This document shows positions 57,744 through 64,000 of a DNA stretch of 64,000 nucleotides, piece by piece. Each line of letters opens with the position of its first letter. The stretch's first letter is position 1. Below the pieces are notes generated by a model. It ran no database searches and was not told where the DNA came from. It worked only from the letters and a program-made list of their open reading frames with translations. The translations under genes and the position numbers were made by a program. This stretch comes from an uncultured virus (IMG/VR IMGVR_UViG_3300012953_000023). Its lineage: Duplodnaviria > Heunggongvirae > Uroviricota > Caudoviricetes. Location of the stretch: IMG/VR virus record IMGVR_UViG_3300012953_000023; one strand, 5' to 3'.

Positions 57744-57772
57744 ATTGTACCATAGTTTTGGTTAAATGTACA
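57744..57772 (-). promoter_or_regulatory. Early-type promoter TGTACA-N17-TACAAT
   Basis: Recurrent motif. Confidence 0.8.
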
Positions 57773-57796
57773 GTGTTTTCTGCAATTAATTTGAAA

Positions 57797-59980
57797 TTAA
57801 ACTGCAACCGCCTTACCAAACTTTGTCATTAAATTTTTATTTGTTTTCTTTTTATTTGAGTATTTTTTAAATGCCGATCTTATCTGGCTATCAGAAGCTT
57901 CTTCAGATATTTCAAATGTATCTTCAGTATCTACTCCAAATTTATCACCTCTTACAACATAATAATTATCATATCCAAATACATTCTTAAATTCAATGCA
58001 TCTGTTTTTTGTATTTTCTTTAATTTTAGATTTTCTAAAATTCTGAAATTCTGATGAATACCAATCATTATCTGTATGATATGCATCCATAATTTTATGG
58101 TTTAATTCTTTAGAACCATTAGCTACAAAGAATCCCATAGTGTTAATACCATATCTTTTCTTAAGATTTTTGTATAGATCTTCAGTTCCTTTTCTTCCTT
58201 TATCTCTTAAAAGAGCTCTTTTGCCATCAATTGTGATTTGAGTTTTTCCATCCCAGTAAGCACCAGATGAAGTTTCTACTCTTTTTACATTTAATTTATG
58301 ATCTTCATATATTCTAAGTCTATTTGTATCACCATCAGTGATAGATAAAAGTGTAACATTTTCTAATTGATGTTTAGCTTTGAATTTTTTAATTAGTGAA
58401 TGAGTAACAATTAAAGCTTGATTAAGAGGAGTAGAACCCCAGTCTTCTTCTACTGGCTTTATGTTATCGTTATATGAGCCTCTTCCCCAATCAGTTCTAG
58501 CATATAACCACTTTAATGCTTCTTCAAAATCATTTTTCTTTAAAGAACTATGTATCAATTGTGGCATTGATAATGAATCCATTGAAACGTCTCCATCGCT
58601 ATAATCTTCATGACTGTAATTTGTTCCAGTAGTGAAAGCGAAAACTTCGAATGGAATATTTACAGCTTTACAGAAAATAACACTATGGATAATTTGATCT
58701 AGAACATTGTGCAATTGATCGCACATAGATCCAGAATAATCTACTAGCATAAACATACCATGATTTTTTGCGTCAGCTAAGTGTGTAGTTTTTGCAAAAA
58801 TATCTTCTGATACTCTATAACTATGCAATTTGTTTACATCAATTCTTCCGGTTTTGGCCGTTTGAGCATGCATCCATCTTGTAGCAGCTTTTCTTTGTTC
58901 AAATTCTTTAACTGCTGGAACAACTGATTTTTTTACCTTTTTAATGTAATCTTTAAACTCTGATTCCATTTTTTGAGTAAGAACTCCATTATCATAGTTA
59001 TCAGAATAGTAACTATCATCTTTATAAAGTTCTATCATTCTGTTTAGCTTTTCATACCTTTTATCCATAAGATCGCTATGTAAAACAACAGCTTTATTAG
59101 ATTTTTCTTTATTAATACCATTTCCGTACATTACATCAGTAGTTTCAGGTATTAATGATTCTTCCATTGCTCTAAAAATTTCATCAGTGACTGATACGTC
59201 TTCATCGGTATGCTCAGGTTGAGGATTGGTTGAAGAGTTTGATTCTTCTTCTGTTGTTTCTGTATCTTCATCAACTTCATTATTAGAGGAGGATTGTTCA
59301 TCTTTAGTATTTTCTTCTTGTTCATAATCGTTCTCCATGTCGTCGTGGCCCATAGATGTAGGATCTTCATTATCTTCTTGATCATTATCTTCTACATCTG
59401 GTTCAGGCATTTGTGGAGGATTCATAAGTTCCTCTTGATTTTCTTTTGTATAAGCTAGGATTTCTCTAACAACATCTAAGACTTCTGAAAATTCTTCAGT
59501 TGTCATAGTTTTATGAAAAAGGTTTTGTTCTTCAGCATTAAATGGTACATCTACCAAATTACCTACTTTAGCTTCAAGATTAATTTTATCAATTAGTTTT
59601 ACTTTATCCCAATCGATGTTATCTACATCGCCAAAAAATTCATCGGCTACTAGTTTTTTATATCCTCTTGACATTGGACCAACTAGGCCAGGATAATCTT
59701 TCTTGATTTTTTTCTCAATCCTAGCATCTTCTACAACATTAATATATGATCTAGGGCATCCTTCTAATTTTTCTGGTGAATCATGCCAACCTTCAAATGG
59801 TGTATATAACGCATGACCTACTTCGTGTCCAATTAAAAGATCTGTTACATCTTTAGTAACATTATCCCATGCAGGTAAACCTAATACTCTATTTTTGATA
59901 TCGAACCAGGCAGTTTGATAGTTGCCGCTTTTAACGGTAATATCTTCTTTGGCTAGTAATTTTGCGATTGTAGTATTAAT
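57797..59980 (-). CDS. Metallopeptidase-VWA (CobT-like) protein, about 727 aa, apparent ATT start
   Basis: Frame open 306 nt upstream of track start, encoding HEVGH and NVVEDARIE; VWA DYSGSM, TPL, TDG. Confidence 0.85.
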   Translation of the reverse strand: MNTTIAKLLAKEDITVKSGNYQTAWFDIKNRVLGLPAWDNVTKDVTDLLIGHEVGHALYTPFEGWHDSPEKLEGCPRSYINVVEDARIEKKIKKDYPGLVGPMSRGYKKLVADEFFGDVDNIDWDKVKLIDKINLEAKVGNLVDVPFNAEEQNLFHKTMTTEEFSEVLDVVREILAYTKENQEELMNPPQMPEPDVEDNDQEDNEDPTSMGHDDMENDYEQEENTKDEQSSSNNEVDEDTETTEEESNSSTNPQPEHTDEDVSVTDEIFRAMEESLIPETTDVMYGNGINKEKSNKAVVLHSDLMDKRYEKLNRMIELYKDDSYYSDNYDNGVLTQKMESEFKDYIKKVKKSVVPAVKEFEQRKAATRWMHAQTAKTGRIDVNKLHSYRVSEDIFAKTTHLADAKNHGMFMLVDYSGSMCDQLHNVLDQIIHSVIFCKAVNIPFEVFAFTTGTNYSHEDYSDGDVSMDSLSMPQLIHSSLKKNDFEEALKWLYARTDWGRGSYNDNIKPVEEDWGSTPLNQALIVTHSLIKKFKAKHQLENVTLLSITDGDTNRLRIYEDHKLNVKRVETSSGAYWDGKTQITIDGKRALLRDKGRKGTEDLYKNLKKRYGINTMGFFVANGSKELNHKIMDAYHTDNDWYSSEFQNFRKSKIKENTKNRCIEFKNVFGYDNYYVVRGDKFGVDTEDTFEISEEASDSQIRSAFKKYSNKKKTNKNLMTKFGKAVAV

Positions 59981-60010
59981 AATTCACTCCTTTTATTAAT
60001 TTATATATGT

Positions 60011-60039
60011 ATTGTACCAGGTTTGGGCACATTTGTACA
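60011..60039 (-). promoter_or_regulatory. Early-type promoter TGTACA-N17-TACAAT
   Basis: Recurrent motif. Confidence 0.8.
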
Positions 60040-60083
60040 GTGTTTTCTGCAAAATAATTGCAGAAACATGCATGATAAGTGAC

Positions 60084-60159
60084 TGGTGGAGCTGATAGGA
60101 ATCGAACCTACGACCTACTGGATGCAAACCAGTCGCTCTCCCTACTGAGCTACAGCCCC
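60084..60159 (-). tRNA. tRNA-Ala(UGC)
   Basis: Acceptor GGGGCTG/CAGCTCC with G3:U70, anticodon arm ACTGG-TTTGCAT-CCAGT, encoded CCA. Confidence 0.95.
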
Positions 60160-61874
60160 TACTTTATCTTGGAAAAGTTTCTATCTTTAAAGAACTCTAT
60201 TTTACTTCTAAATTTATTCTCTAATACATCGCCCTTATGGGATATGATGAATACATTAGAACCATCTTCTAGCGTATCCAATATTTTTGTAAGGTTATCA
60301 ATGCCGTCCATATCTAAACTTGAATCAAACGTTTCGTCTAATACTAATAGATTAGTCGATGCACTATTTTTCATTTTGGCTATTTGCCTCCATGTAAAGA
60401 GTAGTGCTAGGTCAATTCTTTGTTTTTCACCTTCACTAAACGACGCATAGTTAAATGAATCTCTGTGTCTTGATCTAATTGTCTCACCAAAATTTTCATC
60501 TAAGTGAAATGCTACAAAGAAATCTAACACTTGCAGATACTGGTTAATAAGACGATTCATTACTGGTAAATATTGTTTAATTACTTTCGTCTTGATACCA
60601 GTATCTTTAAGCATTTCCCCTATAACTTCATTATATGTTCTTTCTTCAACATAAGCTAATTTCTTTTCGGTTGAAGAATCTTTCTTTTTTCTTAAAGAAT
60701 TTAATTCAGCCTTTGCTGTTTTTACATCACCTGTTTGATTCTGTAAATTGTCTATTTCTTTTTGTGTTCTTCCTACTTCTTTCTGTAAAAGAGTTATCTT
60801 TTCATTATTAGAATTAATTCTTTGTTGCTTCTGTCTCAACTGATTTAAGTTATTAAGAATTTCTTTACCTTCTTTTTCTAAAATGTTAACTTCTTTTACT
60901 AACTGTGATTGCTGATCTTGTACATCTTTAGCTTTTCGTTTTAAATCACCTAGTTTTGTGTCTTTAATCTGTGTAGTAATTTCTTGTTCACAGGTTGGAC
61001 AGTTGTCGTTTTCTTCAAAAAATCTAGCATCTTCGACTAAAGCTCTTATTTGGTTTTTAAAGTCTTTATCGTAAGCCTTTATATCAGACATTTTATCATT
61101 AAAGAATTTATATTCCTTTTCCTCTCCTGCTAGCATTGTAGTCAAGTTTTTACCTAGATCTTTTGATTCTTGGAATATCTCTTTAATTTCTTCTTTATAA
61201 ACTTCTATTGACTCTCTTTTCTTTTCGATTTGTTCATCATTTAAAGATTGTAAATCTTTTATGTATTTAGATTGTCCATCTATTTTGGTTTTAAATAAAT
61301 CAATGTTATGGTTTATATCAATTAAATCTTCTCTAATCTTTGCATTTCTTTCTTTTAGCAATTGATTCATTTTACTAAATATATTAATATCTAATAAATC
61401 TTCAATGACAGAACGTCTTGACCACGCTGGTAGTTGCATAAACGGAATGAATGAGCTACTTCCTAATACAACTACTTGGTGGAAACTTTTATGATTTAGT
61501 TTAAGTATATTACTTTCCAAATACTTTTGATAATCTCTTACATTGGACGCTTGGTTTATCATATTACCATTTTGCCAAATCTCAAATTTTGTTGGTTTTA
61601 TTGATCTAACTATTTTAAATTGAGAACCACCAATATCAAACTCAACCTGTACTTCGGTTTGCTTCTTATTAATTGAATTCATTAATTGCTTTTTATTAAT
61701 GTCTCTATGTGGTTTACCGAATAAACCAAATGATAAAGCGTCAAGTAAAGTTGATTTACCTGCTCCGTTTTGGCCTACGATAAGTGTTGTTGGTGATTTT
61801 GTTAAATTTATTGTTATAGGATCGTTTCCTGTGGATAAAAAATTCTTCCAGGAAACAGACTTAAAATGTATCAT
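60159..61874 (-). CDS. 46: Recombination ATPase gp46 (Rad50-like)
   Basis: GQNGAGKS, CPTC hook, FSEGE, LDE..D, ISH. Confidence 0.96.
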   Translation of the reverse strand: MIHFKSVSWKNFLSTGNDPITINLTKSPTTLIVGQNGAGKSTLLDALSFGLFGKPHRDINKKQLMNSINKKQTEVQVEFDIGGSQFKIVRSIKPTKFEIWQNGNMINQASNVRDYQKYLESNILKLNHKSFHQVVVLGSSSFIPFMQLPAWSRRSVIEDLLDINIFSKMNQLLKERNAKIREDLIDINHNIDLFKTKIDGQSKYIKDLQSLNDEQIEKKRESIEVYKEEIKEIFQESKDLGKNLTTMLAGEEKEYKFFNDKMSDIKAYDKDFKNQIRALVEDARFFEENDNCPTCEQEITTQIKDTKLGDLKRKAKDVQDQQSQLVKEVNILEKEGKEILNNLNQLRQKQQRINSNNEKITLLQKEVGRTQKEIDNLQNQTGDVKTAKAELNSLRKKKDSSTEKKLAYVEERTYNEVIGEMLKDTGIKTKVIKQYLPVMNRLINQYLQVLDFFVAFHLDENFGETIRSRHRDSFNYASFSEGEKQRIDLALLFTWRQIAKMKNSASTNLLVLDETFDSSLDMDGIDNLTKILDTLEDGSNVFIISHKGDVLENKFRSKIEFFKDRNFSKIK

Positions 61875-61880
61875 ACTATA

Positions 61881-62942
61881 TTATACTACCTCTAGATTTT
61901 GTGCTTCAGTATAAAGCTTTCTTAATTCAACTTTGATATGTTCTTTATCTAAATCAGTGTCAACTGCTTCAACGTAGGAATCTAATAATTCGGTTGTATC
62001 TTCTAATGAGACCTTATCATCTTCAACGCTATCGCCTAGATATTCTTCAAAGCTTTCAGCTATTTTTAGCTCATAGGTATTTACACTTTGTAGCTTATCA
62101 ACAAATTTATCAAACATATACAAATCATTTTTATTTAATACTATAAGTTTAATAAATTTATTTTCAAACTGTGACATATCTATGTTATCATAATTGTTTT
62201 TAGTATCGTCATAGATTACCTTTTTAAACATAGTAATTGGATTACGAACAGCTTCAATTTCTCTAGTATCTGTGTCTAATACATGGAAAAATTTAGGATC
62301 ATCTACATCTGCCCAAGTAAATTCCATTTGTGAACCTAGATAGTGAACATTATCTCTACTTGATTTAGTATGGAAATGCCCTGATAGAACCATTTCAAAC
62401 CTAGAAAACACATCTGCATTCATTCCATGCGGATTAGGTACTCCAGCCATCATATCAAAACCTTTTAATTCCAGGTGAGCTCCAAGTATTGAAGCTTCAC
62501 ATTGTAAAGCCCACTTAGTGTATTCTTCGTAATTAGAATTATTAATCCAAGGGATAACTGCAACTTTGCATCCATCATAATCTAACACCTTAGGTTTCAT
62601 TATGATGTTTACATTTGTTGTAAAGTAACCAAGAAGTTCTTTAAGAGAACATAGTTCGTTTGTATTTTTAAAATAAACATCATGATTACCGGGGATGATA
62701 TCCATAGTAATACCCATGTCCCGCATAGGCTCAAGAAAATGTTTACGATTAGCATTAAGTGCTTTAAAATTAACAAACTTACGATGCTCATAATAATCTC
62801 CTAAATGGAGTATTTGAGTTATGTTGTGTTCTTTAAGATATGGAAAAAATACTTCTGTATAGAATCTATCATTATAGTTAAGAAATATATCCGATGAATT
62901 TCTAACACCACAATGGGTGTCATTCAATATTGCTACCTTCAT
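61881..62942 (-). CDS. 47: Recombination nuclease gp47 (Mre11-like)
   Basis: DTH.G, LGD, GNHD, SGHFH. Confidence 0.95.
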   Translation of the reverse strand: MKVAILNDTHCGVRNSSDIFLNYNDRFYTEVFFPYLKEHNITQILHLGDYYEHRKFVNFKALNANRKHFLEPMRDMGITMDIIPGNHDVYFKNTNELCSLKELLGYFTTNVNIIMKPKVLDYDGCKVAVIPWINNSNYEEYTKWALQCEASILGAHLELKGFDMMAGVPNPHGMNADVFSRFEMVLSGHFHTKSSRDNVHYLGSQMEFTWADVDDPKFFHVLDTDTREIEAVRNPITMFKKVIYDDTKNNYDNIDMSQFENKFIKLIVLNKNDLYMFDKFVDKLQSVNTYELKIAESFEEYLGDSVEDDKVSLEDTTELLDSYVEAVDTDLDKEHIKVELRKLYTEAQNLEVV

Positions 62943-62945
62943 TAA

Positions 62946-63506
62946 TTACCTCATGAATAGCTCTAATTTTTCACGAGCCTTTTCTTCTTTTGCGAACTTT
63001 TTAATTTTAGTGTCTTTATCTCTTACCTGTGATATTCTTTGTCTCAAGGTATCGACATAAGCCATAGTTTCAGCTGCCATTTCGTTATCCATTCCAGCTT
63101 CTACAAATTCCTCAATGCCCATTTTTTCAATAAATCTAAACTTAATATCTTGTTGTTTCTTTTCCTTAGTGATTCTTCGGATAAAGGCAAAATAGCAAAT
63201 CTGTGTGAAATATGAAAAGGCATTTGGTTTACCAGTTCTTGTTGCAGTTTCAAGATTATAGTTTCCTATAGCCCTTAAGCAATTTTCAACTGCATCCATT
63301 ACCATTTCTTCCCGATAGGTATACCTCACAAAGTTCGGTCTATGAGATAGGCCTTCTGCAATTTTGATAAAACATCTTGCAATGTAATCTGTGACTTTTG
63401 GTATTTCTTTACCTTTGGATTCTGCTTGATTCTTTTCGCTGACATAATCAACAACGGCTAATGAAAATTCTTTGTTGTTAATATAATGTGCTTTATTTTT
63501 ACTCAT
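62946..63506 (-). CDS. 55: Late sigma factor gp55
   Basis: HYINNKEF, IAEGLS.RPNF..Y, NAFSYFTQI.Y.AF.RRI.KEK. Confidence 0.95.
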   Translation of the reverse strand: MSKNKAHYINNKEFSLAVVDYVSEKNQAESKGKEIPKVTDYIARCFIKIAEGLSHRPNFVRYTYREEMVMDAVENCLRAIGNYNLETATRTGKPNAFSYFTQICYFAFIRRITKEKKQQDIKFRFIEKMGIEEFVEAGMDNEMAAETMAYVDTLRQRISQVRDKDTKIKKFAKEEKAREKLELFMR

Positions 63507-63529
63507 TAGTATTCTCCATAATTACTAGT

Positions 63530-63558
63530 ATTATACCATAGTTTTAGCCAAATGTACA
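63530..63558 (-). promoter_or_regulatory. Early-type promoter TGTACA-N17-TATAAT for gp55
   Basis: Recurrent motif. Confidence 0.8.
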
Positions 63559-63593
63559 GGGTTAATTAAATTGAATTCTTTTGCAGAAAACAC

Positions 63594-63622
63594 TGTACAA
63601 AACGCATTTTATATGATATAAT
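63594..63622 (+). promoter_or_regulatory. Plus-strand early-type promoter TGTACA-N17-TATAAT
   Basis: Full consensus including upstream TGCAGAAAACAC and extended TG. Confidence 0.75.
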
Positions 63623-63654
63623 AATATAGCATACCGGGGAGGGAATAATATAGA

Positions 63655-64000
63655 CTAATGTATAGTCTCAGGTTTATCATCGGCGACTGATTCATTATCA
63701 TATTCTTCTTCCATGGTATACTCTTCTCTCAACATATCGCGATACTTATCAATCAACTCAGTATTCGACTCAATTTTAGCCTCTGGTTGATCTTTCTGTA
63801 GCACGAAGTTAATATAGTTTTGTTGTATGTTTTCATCGATCTTAACTGATGCGATGATTCTATTTTTCATAATCTTAAATAAGGAAGCTTTAGTAAAAGG
63901 AAACCAAGGGGATAATGTATATCCACCTAGCATATTCTGATTAAGCAATACAGGCCTTTCAACTAAATAATTGTTTTCATTATTCTGATTGACAAGAGCT
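63655..64000 (-). CDS. Hypothetical protein, 5'-truncated by window end
   Basis: Frame stays open to 64000. Confidence 0.7.
   Translation of the reverse strand, partial: ALVNQNNENNYLVERPVLLNQNMLGGYTLSPWFPFTKASLFKIMKNRIIASVKIDENIQQNYINFVLQKDQPEAKIESNTELIDKYRDMLREEYTMEEEYDNESVADDKPETIH

Noticed and set aside
60079..60450. Plus-strand 123-aa ORF
   Set aside because: Antisense to tRNA-Ala and the gp46 3' end
61880..61908. Promoter before gp46 (TATAAT near the ATG)
   Set aside because: No TGTACA at 17-nt spacing

Overview
An AT-rich segment of a T4-like (myovirus) phage genome, probably aquatic, with a Gram-negative host implied by spanins and CsgG. Essentially all real genes are on the minus strand. 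The T4 core includes gp55, gp47/46, gp45/44/62, regA, gp43, uvsX, gp41, nrdA/B/C and RNase H. Also present are two tRNAs (Arg-UCU, Ala-UGC) and host-like genes (rpsU, iscU, iscA, peroxiredoxin, hsp20, phoH, thyX). Three accessory modules stand out: (1) a late operon joining a curli-type CsgF/CsgG pore, two curlin-like secreted proteins, a FecR protein and a CHASE2 adenylate cyclase; (2) a run of about 9 proteins with T4 capsid-targeting-like N-termini, led by a nuclease / ligase / nucleotidyltransferase triad; (3) a cytosine-hypermodification cluster (gp42-like hydroxymethylase, glycosyltransferase, aberrant C5-MTase, UDP-sugar enzymes). Non-coding signals include 19 TGTACA-N17-TAnAAT promoters, TATAAATA-N5-ATG leaderless late genes, a covarying leader hairpin, a probable ATT start codon, and a tRNA overlapping a stop codon. 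All calls come from reading motifs by eye; no database searches were run.
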